From contig CBDDCX010000008.1 of NCBI GenBank assembly GCA_965226375.1, positions 2,112,001 to 2,176,000 of the forward strand: a DNA stretch of 64,000 nucleotides, read 5' to 3'. This document shows positions 30,453 through 40,062 of the stretch, piece after piece. The notes beneath the pieces were generated by a model. That model did not search any database. It had not been told where the DNA came from and worked only from the letters and a program-made list of their open reading frames with translations. The position numbers and the translations under genes are program-made. The stretch is from Longimicrobiales bacterium. GTDB lineage: Bacteria > Gemmatimonadota > Gemmatimonadetes > Longimicrobiales > Gaopeijiaceae. How positions within the stretch are numbered: the stretch's first letter is position 1; each line of letters starts with the position of its first letter.

Positions 30453-30814
30453 TGCGCTTCTTTCAGATACAGAACGAGCGTTCCGGGGCCCTTCTGGGTC
30501 AGCGGATCGAGCTTGCGGAGGGCTGGTGGAGCAGAGCCGTCGGCCTTCTCGGCCGATCCGAACTCCTTCGTGGACATGGGATCTTGCTCATTCCGTGTAC
30601 CTCCATTCACACGGTGGGCATGCGTTTTACGGTGGACATCGCGTTTCTGGACGTAGGATGCAGAGTCACGAAGACGCGGGCGAATCTGCCACCGGGGCGG
30701 TTCGCGAGGGGAGGGGGAGATGTACAAGCCACCCTCGAGCTACCGGTAGGAACGCTCGCCGCTACGGACACCCGAGAAGGAGATGTCTTGACCTTTGAGG
30801 AGACGGTCCGATGA
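30449..30814 (+). CDS. DUF192-family protein
   Basis: RAVGLLGR, PCTSIHTVGMRFTVDIAFLD, LELPVG. Confidence 0.8.
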   Translation: MMRFFQIQNERSGALLGQRIELAEGWWSRAVGLLGRSELLRGHGILLIPCTSIHTVGMRFTVDIAFLDVGCRVTKTRANLPPGRFARGGGDVQATLELPVGTLAATDTREGDVLTFEETVR

Positions 30815-32229
30815 GTATCGTTTCGGAAAGGCCCGATATGACCTCCGCGCAACCAGCTCTTCATGGATCCCCGGAGGAGCCCTCGGACCCGATGAAGGCA
30901 AGGTGGCCGGCCCCGCCCGCTACGGTGGAGGAGACCGGGCTGTCTCGTGATCTCGTGAGCGGGCTTCTGGTCAAATCCCTGCATCAGAAGGGTGGTCTCT
31001 CGGGGTTCGGCGTATCAGATGCTCTGGCCCTTCCCTTCGGTCTGGTAGACGACCTGCTAATGGAGCTTCAGGGCGCAGGGCTCATCGAGGTGAAACGAGC
31101 CGAAGGGCCTACCCGGAGTTCCTTCTGGTTCGCCCTTACCAGAAACGGGGGGGAGCGAGCTAGCGAAGAGATGGCCGCCAGCCGGTATGTGGGGCCGGCC
31201 CCAGTGACTTTTCAGAAGTATGTGGACTGGATCCATCGACAATCGGTGGGGGCCGTCCGGATACCCCGTGAACGCCTGGAAGACGGGCTTTCGGAGATGG
31301 TCCTTCCTGAGGGGTTCATCGACCTGCTCGGGCCCGCCGTGCACTCGGGCAAGTCTCTCTTCCTGTACGGGGACCCAGGCAACGGAAAGACCCGCATCGC
31401 CGAGGCGGTTGCAGGCTTGTTCCGTGAGAGCTTCTACGTTCCTCACGCCGTGGATCTGGACGGCCACATCATGGTCCTCTACGACCCCGTGTTCCACGAA
31501 GCGCTCGAGGCCGAGGCTCCGACTCGCGGTGCTGGCCCTGCGCTCTTGAGGGATCTCGCCGAGCACGACCGCCGTTTCGTGAGGGTCAGGCGTCCTGTGG
31601 CCGTGGCCGGGGCCGAGCTGGAGTTGTCACAGCTGGACCTGGGATACGACCTGTTCAGCCGAACCTACCAAGCCCCCATCCAACTCAAGGCGAATGGCGG
31701 CGTGCTTGTCATCGATGACCTGGGCCGGCAAAGGGTTCGGCCCCGTGATCTCCTGAACCGATGGATTGTGCCTCTGGAGCACAGGGTGGACTACCTGAGC
31801 CTGAAGAGCGGGAGGAAGATCGCAGTACCGTTCGATTGCCTCGTGGTCTTCTCCACGAACATCGAGCCTCGGGATCTGGCGGAGGAAGCTTTTCTCCGAC
31901 GAATTCACTACAAGATTCGCGTCCCGGATCCGGATCCAGAGGTGTACGACGAGATCTTCTCGCGGTGCTGTGAAAGTCACGGGATCCCCTTCAGTCCGCA
32001 GGCCACGGAGCTTATTCGCCGCGAGTACTATGGGTCGGGACGCGCAGTGCCTCGAGGTTGCCATCCCAGGGATATCCTGGACCACCTCAGAGATATCGCA
32101 GTCTTCCGGGGAGTGGATCCCGAACTTTCTCCATCTCTTCTGCGACAGGCCTGCGAGTCCTACTTCGTGGCGATGGACGCCGAGGAGGATCCAGGGCAGA
32201 GACGCCTTACCGAAGGAGTGGTACCATGA
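30811..32229 (+). CDS. Tad-associated AAA+ ATPase with N-terminal winged-helix-like region
   Basis: Walker A GDPGNGKT, Walker B VLVIDD, LLNRWIVPLE, FSTN, AFLRRI. Confidence 0.8.
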   Translation: MSIVSERPDMTSAQPALHGSPEEPSDPMKARWPAPPATVEETGLSRDLVSGLLVKSLHQKGGLSGFGVSDALALPFGLVDDLLMELQGAGLIEVKRAEGPTRSSFWFALTRNGGERASEEMAASRYVGPAPVTFQKYVDWIHRQSVGAVRIPRERLEDGLSEMVLPEGFIDLLGPAVHSGKSLFLYGDPGNGKTRIAEAVAGLFRESFYVPHAVDLDGHIMVLYDPVFHEALEAEAPTRGAGPALLRDLAEHDRRFVRVRRPVAVAGAELELSQLDLGYDLFSRTYQAPIQLKANGGVLVIDDLGRQRVRPRDLLNRWIVPLEHRVDYLSLKSGRKIAVPFDCLVVFSTNIEPRDLAEEAFLRRIHYKIRVPDPDPEVYDEIFSRCCESHGIPFSPQATELIRREYYGSGRAVPRGCHPRDILDHLRDIAVFRGVDPELSPSLLRQACESYFVAMDAEEDPGQRRLTEGVVP

Positions 32230-32888
32230 CGGAGACGCATCGGGACAACGAGTACCGGATCAGGGAAGTCTACGCGGTCCTGGATCGACGCATCGAAGCC
32301 CTGGAGGGCCGGCATCGCCGCCGCCGAGGGCTCGTAACCATGTCGCTTCTGGCAGCGCTGGCGGCTTTCGGGCTCTCAACGTTCGGCTTGAGTCGGCTCC
32401 AGCACGCCAACTTCCCGGGAGAGGTCGCTCCGATTCTGGAAACACGCGCCATGGTCCTCCGAGGTCCCGAAGGCCTCGAACGGGGTGCCCTTCGAGTCGG
32501 CGCCGACGGGACGGTGAGCGTGACCCTGAGCGACCAGCGTGCCCGACCCCGGATTCGCCTCTCCGTGCTGGCGGACGGCTCTCCAGGTGTGAGCCTTCTG
32601 GATTCTGACGGGGACACGCGAGCCGTTCTGGGCCTTCTTCCCGACGGAACCACGACCCTCGTCTTCGCCGACGCAGGATCGGTGGCCCGCACCGTCTTAG
32701 CTCTCACACCAGACGGCGCCTCTCGAATCGTTTTCAGCGACCAGTTCGGGGAAACACGAACCGCTGTAGGAGTTGACGGGGAGGGGCGCCCCGAGGTGAG
32801 TACTCTGGTTGTAGTGGAAGGTGGCTGCAGTCAACGACCCCTCGGGTCATCACCGTTATCCCACCGAATTAAATGGCGAACAATGTAA
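32226..32888 (+). CDS. Hypothetical single-TM protein with repeated beta-hairpin units
   Basis: ATGA overlap with the ATPase stop, one TM helix, then ~22-aa repeats (DGSPGVSLLD, DGTTTLVFAD, DGASRIVFSD). Confidence 0.65.
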   Translation: MTETHRDNEYRIREVYAVLDRRIEALEGRHRRRRGLVTMSLLAALAAFGLSTFGLSRLQHANFPGEVAPILETRAMVLRGPEGLERGALRVGADGTVSVTLSDQRARPRIRLSVLADGSPGVSLLDSDGDTRAVLGLLPDGTTTLVFADAGSVARTVLALTPDGASRIVFSDQFGETRTAVGVDGEGRPEVSTLVVVEGGCSQRPLGSSPLSHRIKWRTM

Positions 32889-34078
32889 GAGTCGTGCGGG
32901 GCTGGGTGTGGCCCGGTCTGATTTTTCTGCTGTTGGGTGTCCTACTGGCCACGATCTGGCGGGAAACACCCTGGCTCGCGGGGACGGCTGACGTCTATGC
33001 GCCGGTTGTGTACGGCACTGGGTGGCTTCTCGCTTGGCGTTATCGCCGTAGCCGGGTGGCAGCAGTCCTTCTCGGTCTCTTCATGATGGATGTGCTTCTC
33101 CGACCCTCGAGTTATGCCCTGGAGCCCGGCGTCGGGTCAGTTTGGGATAGCAGCGGCGTGCTGTTCCTGTTTCTACTGCCGGTGGTCGCGGCGACCAAGG
33201 ATCGCAGTGTATCCTCGCCTAGGGGGCTCATCCAGGTCGCAATCATCCTGACGGGATTGACGGGTGGTCTCATGGTTTGGGCGGTGCGTCCCGAGCTCCT
33301 TTGGTGGACTTGGCAAACGCTCATTCCCTTGGATCTCTCGAGGCTTCACTTGTCGGATGCGGCCTTGGCAGTGGGCCTGTTCGCGCTCCTATTCACGGGC
33401 GGACTCGCGGGATGGCGAGGCCATCGCCTGGACAAGAGCTTCTTCTGGATCGCCGTGGCGCTGCTACTGGCGCTGCGAGGGGGGGCCGACTCCCTGGAGT
33501 CGACGATCTACCTGACCATGGCCGGCCTCATGCTGATCGTAAACGTACTCGAAAAGTCATACTCCCTCTCCCTTCATGATGATGTCACGCACCTTCGGGC
33601 AGGAAGAGCATTGCGGCGAGAGATCATGCTCACAGGATCGTCGTATGCCCTGGCCCTTGTGAGCGTCGATCACCACAAGGCGCTTCACGACCGTTATGGA
33701 CGAGACGTGAGCGACCGTGTCATGAGAAAGGTCGCCAACCACTTACGGAAGGCGGGCGCCGACGCTTTCCGTTACAGCGGCGAGTATTTTGCGCTTGTTT
33801 TCGCAGGGAAGGGGCGCAATGAGGTCCTCGGTGACCTTGAGATCATGCGAGCGGAGATCGAGGACTTCCGGTTTTCACTGCAGCCCCAGGCGACTGGAAA
33901 CGGCCACGGCGAGACCGCACGGCATCCCTCGGAGTGGTGGTCCCTGACCGTGACGGTCGGCGTGGCCGAACGCGGAGAAGAAGGGGGGTGGTCCGCCAGA
34001 TACGGCGCCATAGTGCAGGCTGCCCGTAGGGCCCTCCATCGTGGTCAAAAGGCCGGCGGAAACACGGTTTCGAAATAG
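32873..34078 (+). CDS. Membrane protein with degenerate GGDEF domain
   Basis: Multiple TM helices, then DHHKALHDRYG and FRYSGEYF in place of D.FK.INDxxGH and RYGGEEF. Confidence 0.75.
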   Translation: MANNVRVVRGWVWPGLIFLLLGVLLATIWRETPWLAGTADVYAPVVYGTGWLLAWRYRRSRVAAVLLGLFMMDVLLRPSSYALEPGVGSVWDSSGVLFLFLLPVVAATKDRSVSSPRGLIQVAIILTGLTGGLMVWAVRPELLWWTWQTLIPLDLSRLHLSDAALAVGLFALLFTGGLAGWRGHRLDKSFFWIAVALLLALRGGADSLESTIYLTMAGLMLIVNVLEKSYSLSLHDDVTHLRAGRALRREIMLTGSSYALALVSVDHHKALHDRYGRDVSDRVMRKVANHLRKAGADAFRYSGEYFALVFAGKGRNEVLGDLEIMRAEIEDFRFSLQPQATGNGHGETARHPSEWWSLTVTVGVAERGEEGGWSARYGAIVQAARRALHRGQKAGGNTVSK

Positions 34079-34124
34079 AAGCACCGAAACCGCAACGGCA
34101 CCCGCACCTTGGCATGACGGGACA

Positions 34125-34308
34125 CTAGTGTCCTGAGTCAGAAGTTCGGTGCAGAACCGAGGGGGCCGATGCGCCATCCTGGCAAGGCGCGATGACGAGG
34201 GTCAACAACGCGAAGCGTTGTCGGCACCGCTATTGCGAGGAGAGCAACGCGGCCAGGGTGGATGCATCGGGTCATGAATTCCAGCGAACTTCTGACTCAG
34301 GACACTAG
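34125..34308. mobile_element. 184-bp MITE-like element with perfect 24-bp terminal inverted repeats bounded by CTAG
   Basis: CTAGTGTCCTGAGTCAGAAGTTCG (34125-34148) and its exact reverse complement (34285-34308). No transposase inside. Confidence 0.85.
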
Positions 34309-35819
34309 CCCTCCCTCATCCCTGCCCTTCGGTCCACCCGCTGCGAGTCGGTCGGTTCGGGTTCGAGGGTGAAGCGGAGGATGGCCCCCTCACCTACGAT
34401 GCCCTCGCCCCACACTCGCCCGCCGTGGCGGCGCGCGACTCGCATGACGGTGGCCAGCCCGAGCCCGCTGCCTGCGAACTCCGCCTCGGTATGGAGCCGC
34501 TCGAACGCTCGGAAGATTCGGCCACGGTCGTCGTTGTCGAAGCCGATCCCATTGTCGCGGACGTAGTAGGTCGGGACCCCGCTCTCGCCCTCCTCGGTGC
34601 CTAGCTCGATCAGAGCCTCTTTTCTCGGCCCAGTGTATTTCCACGCGTTTTGGAGCAGGTTGGTGAGCAGAAGCCTCAAGAGCGTCTTGTCCCCAACGGC
34701 CGTGATCCCCGGCTCCGCCTCGAACCGTACGTCGCGACCCGGGACGAGTGCCCGCAGTTCGTTGATGATCTCGTGACCCAACGATGACAGGTCCACGTTC
34801 TCTTCCCTGATCTCCGCGCGGGTGAGGTCAGCGAGGTCGCGCAGGTCGTCGATAATGTGTGTCATGTGCCGGCTCGCGGCCCGAATGCGCTTCAGGTAGT
34901 CCTTCAGCGGTTCGGTGAGTACCTCGCCCACGGCTTTATCGAGGTACTCGCTGAATTGGGTCACGGTCATCAACGGGTTCTTCAAGTCGTGAGCGACGGC
35001 GTCGCTGAACGCCTCTAACTCCTGGTTCGCTGCTTCGAGTGCCGCGACCGACCGCTCATGATATTGCTCGATCTGTTTCTGATCGGTCGTATCGCGTACC
35101 TCCACCAGGACCCCCGACACGGAGCCGTCATCCCCGAAGAACGGGGCGTACCGCGCATCCACGTGCCGACGGCCACGCCTCGGCGAATTCCACCAGAAGC
35201 CGAAAACCACCTCCTCACCCGATAAGGAACGATCCAAATGGGGTTTCAGCTTCGTTTGAAAGGCCTCCTCTCCAAACACGTCGGCTACGGTGCATCCGAG
35301 AATTTCCTCCTGGGTAAGCCGGTGTTCATCGCAGTAGGCTTGGTTCACCGCCCGATACGTATAGGTGTCATCAACAAACACCATGAGACCGCTCGTAGCG
35401 GTGACCATGGCCTTATGCCATTGAAGTGCCTCCTGCGTCTGGTCTAGCTCCCCGGCTCCTGACGTGACCTTCTCGGCGGTGATCAGGAGCCAACTCTCGT
35501 CCAGCGGCACCACACGCACCGAGGTAACGCCCGACGGGACCTCCGCATCTTCAAATGCCCCCTCGCCAAGATCGACTATCTCCTGATCTGCGAACGCCTG
35601 CTCGTAGGCATCGAGCTGTCTTGAGCCGAGACCTCCAGGGAACACGTCCGTGATGTTTCGGCCGATGACATCCTCTTCGCGGACACGGCTCCACTCGCCG
35701 CTCATCCGGGCCGCAGAATTGACGTCCAGGATGTCGAACTCTCCTGGCGCTCGGCGCTCGAGGATCACTCCGGGAAATGGAGATTCGTGGAACGCCGCTT
35801 TATGGACGGGGGAGATCAT
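34305..35819 (-). CDS. PAS-domain sensor histidine kinase
   Basis: H-box VAHDLKNPL, N-box NLLQNAWKY, DNGIGF, GSGLGLA, and PAS-like N-terminal regions. Confidence 0.92.
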   Translation of the reverse strand: MISPVHKAAFHESPFPGVILERRAPGEFDILDVNSAARMSGEWSRVREEDVIGRNITDVFPGGLGSRQLDAYEQAFADQEIVDLGEGAFEDAEVPSGVTSVRVVPLDESWLLITAEKVTSGAGELDQTQEALQWHKAMVTATSGLMVFVDDTYTYRAVNQAYCDEHRLTQEEILGCTVADVFGEEAFQTKLKPHLDRSLSGEEVVFGFWWNSPRRGRRHVDARYAPFFGDDGSVSGVLVEVRDTTDQKQIEQYHERSVAALEAANQELEAFSDAVAHDLKNPLMTVTQFSEYLDKAVGEVLTEPLKDYLKRIRAASRHMTHIIDDLRDLADLTRAEIREENVDLSSLGHEIINELRALVPGRDVRFEAEPGITAVGDKTLLRLLLTNLLQNAWKYTGPRKEALIELGTEEGESGVPTYYVRDNGIGFDNDDRGRIFRAFERLHTEAEFAGSGLGLATVMRVARRHGGRVWGEGIVGEGAILRFTLEPEPTDSQRVDRRAGMREG

Positions 35820-35909
35820 TCGTTGTTTCCACCGGATGGACGGGACATTTCTTCAAGTGGCTAACACCATATTGTGCAGCCTACGCGGTCCAGGCGCTAC
35901 CGCGTGTCC

Positions 35910-37178
35910 CTAGGCGCCCAGCTCTCGGATCCCTCGGGCGAACGTGTCCACGTCTCCCAGCGTCGAGAACACATTCGGCGTCACGCGAATGCCCTCCCAT
36001 TCTCCCTCCACGAATCGGGGCCGCACGTGGATCGAATAGCGCTCCTGGAGTAGATCGGTCAGCTCGGCGGCACCGATGCTGTCGATCCCCATCGTGCCGA
36101 GAGCCCCCGCCTGAACGTCGTCGTCCGCCGTGTAGAACCGCACCTTTGGTAAATCCTTCACCTGTTCCATCCAACGGTGGCGAAGGAAACGGAGGCGGGC
36201 GGCTTTGCGCTCTCCGCCGATGCTCTCGTGGAAGGTGATGGCTTCACCGATGGCGTTGGGGATGGCGAGCGGGTACGTCCCGATCTGTTCGAACTTCCGG
36301 ATGTTGTCGTCCATCGAGGCGGGCGCGGGCGTGAGCGCCCAGACTTCCGGGATCAGGGGGCGACGCACGTAAAGCATTCCGGTTCCCACCGGAGCGGTGA
36401 GCCACTTATGAAGGCTTGTCCCGAAAAAGTCGCACCCCAGCTCATGCAGGCTGAACGGGAAGTGCGCGAACGAGTGGGCACCGTCGACCACGCTGGTGAT
36501 CCCTCGTTCTCGGGCCATGCGGCAGATGGCCTGAACCGGGAAAATCTGTCCGGCCGTGTAGCTGACGTGTGACACGTGGACCACACGAGTGCGATCCGTG
36601 ACGTTCGAGGCGAACAACTCCGCGAGCTCCGCAGGATCGTCCGGGGGCGTGGGTACCGGAAACGTGCGGAGCACCACACCGTCACGGCGCTCGCGCTGAC
36701 GCCAGGTGGTGATCATGCGCGGGTAGTCCTGCGTGGTCGTGAGGATCTCGTCCCCCGGCTGAAGCTTCATGCCGAGCTGTACGATCTGGAGCGACTCGGA
36801 GGTATTGCGGGTGATGGCGATCTCTTCCGGATCGGCTCCGGCCATGGTCGCCAAGCGTCGCCGGACAAGCTCCCTATGGGGTGCGAGCATGTCGTCGACC
36901 CAGAGCGACGGGCTCATGTTGGTGATGGTCATGTAGTTCTGGACCGCATCCTGCACCACCCGAGGCGCGGGACTCACGCTTCCGCTGTTCAGGTTGATCT
37001 CGTTCGGGTCGATGGTGAAGGCTCGCCGGATCATGAACCAGTAGGCCTCGTCCTGGGCGACCTCCTGAGGGGTCATGCCCTCTACCAGCCTCGCCGCCTT
37101 CTCGGCTCGCACTGTTGCGTCCGAACGAAGGGCCACGAAGCCGACACCGAGCCGTTCCAGAAATCGCCGCCGCTTCAT
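35910..37178 (-). CDS. Class V PLP aminotransferase (isopenicillin N epimerase-like), Tat signal
   Basis: MKRRRFL twin-arginine signal, ITRNTSESL, VDGAHSFAH, SLHKWL. Confidence 0.85.
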   Translation of the reverse strand: MKRRRFLERLGVGFVALRSDATVRAEKAARLVEGMTPQEVAQDEAYWFMIRRAFTIDPNEINLNSGSVSPAPRVVQDAVQNYMTITNMSPSLWVDDMLAPHRELVRRRLATMAGADPEEIAITRNTSESLQIVQLGMKLQPGDEILTTTQDYPRMITTWRQRERRDGVVLRTFPVPTPPDDPAELAELFASNVTDRTRVVHVSHVSYTAGQIFPVQAICRMARERGITSVVDGAHSFAHFPFSLHELGCDFFGTSLHKWLTAPVGTGMLYVRRPLIPEVWALTPAPASMDDNIRKFEQIGTYPLAIPNAIGEAITFHESIGGERKAARLRFLRHRWMEQVKDLPKVRFYTADDDVQAGALGTMGIDSIGAAELTDLLQERYSIHVRPRFVEGEWEGIRVTPNVFSTLGDVDTFARGIRELGA

Positions 37179-37498
37179 GGGACTTGTCTCCTGATCGCTA
37201 TCGAAAAGAACGGGCCCGGAGCTGCTCGACCGTAGACAGATCCGATCACGAGATTGCTCCGGAATACCGTCGTGAACCGTGAATATGACGTGGCTTGCTC
37301 CGCTACGCACGTCACCGACCGCTGAGTCCACAGCTTCGGTTCGCCCCCGTTATTCGTGTTCGGCAAAGATGCGGTGACCGCTTTGCATGTCGAAGGGACT
37401 GGCCCGGGTGATCGCCCTTCCGTAGGATCGGTACTTGATTCCCGGTGGACGAACGGGGGGGTGGGTGGTGAGGGCCGATTTCGAGCGTTGGAGATGTA

Positions 37499-38119
37499 AT
37501 GAGCAAGAGACCCCTCGCGCTGTTCCTCATCCTGGCTGGCGCTGCCGTGACCGCGGCCTGCGACATCGGACCCGGTGAGAGGATCATGCTCGGACCCCAC
37601 GATGGACTCGAGCTCACGCCCGTGGACACGGGACGGGTGAAGGTGGGGGACGTCGCCCCGGACTTCTCGGCCATGTCCTACGACGGACCGGTGATCACGC
37701 TCTCGGACTATCGGGGGGAGAAGAACGTCGTCCTGGTCTTCTATCGGGGACACTGGTGACCTTGGTGTGCCGGTCAGCTCGGGAAGCTGAGAGAACTTCT
37801 GTCACCGGAGCAGCTCGAGAACACCGAGCTACTCGCCATCTCCATAGACGATCGGGAACACCAGCAGATGATGATCGACCGCGTCGCCAAGGACGACGGC
37901 ATGCTCATCGAGTTTCCGCTGCTCTCGGATCCGGAGCATCGCATCATCGACCGCTACGGGTTGTTCAACCCCGACGAAGCGAAGATGAGGCCGGTACCCC
38001 ATCCGACGACGCTGGTCATCGACAAACAGGGTGTCGTTCGCTGGAAAGTCGTGGAGATCGACTACCGGTTGCGGCCGACCAACGAAGACATCCTGTCCGC
38101 CTTGTCGGCTTTGGACTGA
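37499..38119 (+). CDS. Probable selenoprotein: peroxiredoxin/AhpC-TSA-like redoxin lipoprotein with UxxC motif (Sec87, TGA 37757-37759)
   Basis: Reading through TGA gives VLVFYRGHW-U-PWCAGQL...LLAISID...FPLLSDP, in frame with ORF 37868-38119. A SECIS-like hairpin follows. Confidence 0.85.
37774..37790 (+). promoter_or_regulatory. Bacterial SECIS-like hairpin
   Basis: TCAGCT-CGGGA-AGCTGA, with the first loop G 21 nt after the TGA. Confidence 0.65.
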
Positions 38120-38144
38120 TCACGACCATCCGGGAGGAGTCTGC

Positions 38145-40022
38145 ATGAAGCCGGTGACCGCGTTGATCAGCGTGATGCTCGCGGGTGCCCTCCCCGCTGC
38201 GTCACAGACGCCTCGACCGGTCGCCGACGGAGTAGCGGTACTTCCTGTCTCTGCCCGCGCCGACCTTCCGGCCCGGAACGCGGGATGGGTGGAGCTCGAG
38301 GACTACCTGCTCGTGATCGACGCCGGGCCAGGCGAGAGCGGATCCGAGGTGTTCGAGGCCGCCAGCCGTGCGACTGGCAAGCCCGTGCGTTTCGGGGTTC
38401 GTACCTGGGGCGCCCCTGACCGTGCGTCGGATGGCGCGCCCAAAGGGCTGACCTGGCTTTCGGCCTGGCAGGCGGGTGCCGGGGCCGGCGCTTCGTCGGC
38501 CGGCAGAACAGACGGGACGATGCCCGCCGGTCCTGAGCTGGCCCTCCCGGCAGGAGCAGCGCTGGAAGATTCCACTCGTCGCGTGGAACTCCATCACGTA
38601 GATGATCGGGCGGGGGGTGCTCTAGCGGTCTACGTAGCCGGGACAGGTACCCTCTTCGCCGGTGACCTGGTGGGTATGGGCAGGGGCTCAGCCCACCTTC
38701 CGCTGGACGTCTGGATCCGAGCCCTCGAGAGGCTCGAGCGATTGGACCCCGAGGTGGTGGTCCCCGGAAGCGGTCCTGTGGAGAGCCCTGAGGTGCTAGC
38801 GACGACTCGCACCGCGCTGAAAGAGGTCACGGCGCGGATTTCCGAGGCGATGGCCCGCGGGAACACTCGAGAACAGGTGCTGGCAGCCGTGATTTCGGAT
38901 GACTTCACCGTCCTCCCGGAGGGCACGATCGACCAGGCATACGATGAGCTGGTCGGCCTCCGGCCGGCCACCGCCTTCGTGGAAGGGCTCGGACTTCGGG
39001 AGGGTCCCTCTCCGACAGCCGCCACCCCGGGGTGGACTCGTCCCACCAAGGTCGTGGTGGCCGACTTCTGGCCGGGGCGCACGGAGCAGATCGCTCTGGT
39101 CGCGCCGGGGGTCGAGGTAATCGTGGTGTCCGATCCCGAAGAGGCCGCTGAAGCCGGACGGGACGCACAAGCCGTTCTGGGATGGCTGACGCCCGAGATC
39201 TTCCGCGCGGGCCAGAAGCTGCGTTGGGTCCAGCTCAACGCGGCGGGTGTGGAGAGTTACGTGGCCATGCCGGGCTTCGCCGAAAGCGACATCGTGCTAT
39301 CCAACGCTCAGCGGATCTTCGCCCCGGGGGGAGCGGAGCACGTGCTGGGCATGGTATTGACCTTGAGTCGCCGTCTCCACATCGCACTGGAGTTGCAGCG
39401 CGAGCGTCGCTGGGACATCACACCCCTGACCGGCCCCACACCCTACACGGGAGCGGGCAGCGAACTGCTCGAGCTCCGCGGTCGGACACTACTGGTGGTC
39501 GGGCTGGGAGGCATCGGCACCGAGGTGGCCCGGGTGGCCAGCGGAATCGGCATGCGGGTCATCGCCACGCGGGGGAGCAGCCGCAACGGACCTCCGTTCG
39601 TTGACTACGTGGGCCTCTCTTCGGAGCTCCTCACACTGGCCCCGCAGGCCGACGTCATCGTGAACAGCGTCCCGCTCACATCAGCTACCGAGAACATGTT
39701 CGACGACCGCTTCTTCGCGGTGACGAAACCCACGGCGTTCTTCGTGAACATCGGCCGCGGTCGTACGGTGGATACCGAAGCCCTCATGCGCGCCCTTCGT
39801 AACGGACGGATCGCCGGGGCGGGCCTGGACGTAACCGAGCCCGAGCCGCTCCCCGTCGATCACGAGCTCTGGGGCATGCCCAACGTCCTGATCACGCCAC
39901 ACCTGGGCGGCGACGGAGACGGTCACATGGAGCGTATGTGGCTCCTATTTAGAGAGAACCTCCGCCGATTCGTAAACGGAGAACCGTTGCTGTCCGTGGT
40001 GGACAAGAGGCGGGGGTATTGA
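38145..40022 (+). CDS. Secreted fusion: degenerate metallo-beta-lactamase-fold domain + D-2-hydroxyacid dehydrogenase
   Basis: Signal peptide. N-domain NAGWVE...LVIDAG, LFAGDL, VVVPGSG lacks HxHxDH. C-domain has VGLGGIG, NIGRG, GAGLDVTEPEPL, ITPHLG. Confidence 0.75.
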   Translation: MKPVTALISVMLAGALPAASQTPRPVADGVAVLPVSARADLPARNAGWVELEDYLLVIDAGPGESGSEVFEAASRATGKPVRFGVRTWGAPDRASDGAPKGLTWLSAWQAGAGAGASSAGRTDGTMPAGPELALPAGAALEDSTRRVELHHVDDRAGGALAVYVAGTGTLFAGDLVGMGRGSAHLPLDVWIRALERLERLDPEVVVPGSGPVESPEVLATTRTALKEVTARISEAMARGNTREQVLAAVISDDFTVLPEGTIDQAYDELVGLRPATAFVEGLGLREGPSPTAATPGWTRPTKVVVADFWPGRTEQIALVAPGVEVIVVSDPEEAAEAGRDAQAVLGWLTPEIFRAGQKLRWVQLNAAGVESYVAMPGFAESDIVLSNAQRIFAPGGAEHVLGMVLTLSRRLHIALELQRERRWDITPLTGPTPYTGAGSELLELRGRTLLVVGLGGIGTEVARVASGIGMRVIATRGSSRNGPPFVDYVGLSSELLTLAPQADVIVNSVPLTSATENMFDDRFFAVTKPTAFFVNIGRGRTVDTEALMRALRNGRIAGAGLDVTEPEPLPVDHELWGMPNVLITPHLGGDGDGHMERMWLLFRENLRRFVNGEPLLSVVDKRRGY

Positions 40023-40062
40023 GAACGCATTCACGTGCAGGGAACCTGAAGGAGAATCGACG

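Noticed and set aside
35910..37178. Class V PLP enzyme as a selenocysteine lyase or cysteine desulfurase serving the adjacent selenoprotein
   Set aside because: It lacks the C-terminal catalytic Cys motif (reads IHVRPRF) and has a Tat signal, which fits the isopenicillin N epimerase-like group better.
37343..37460. Possible structured ncRNA or riboswitch between divergent genes (CCCCCGTT...AACGGGGG and GAAGGG...CCCTTC pairings)
   Set aside because: No recognisable family motif, and such pairing is plausible by chance at this GC content. An Rfam/covariation search would be needed.
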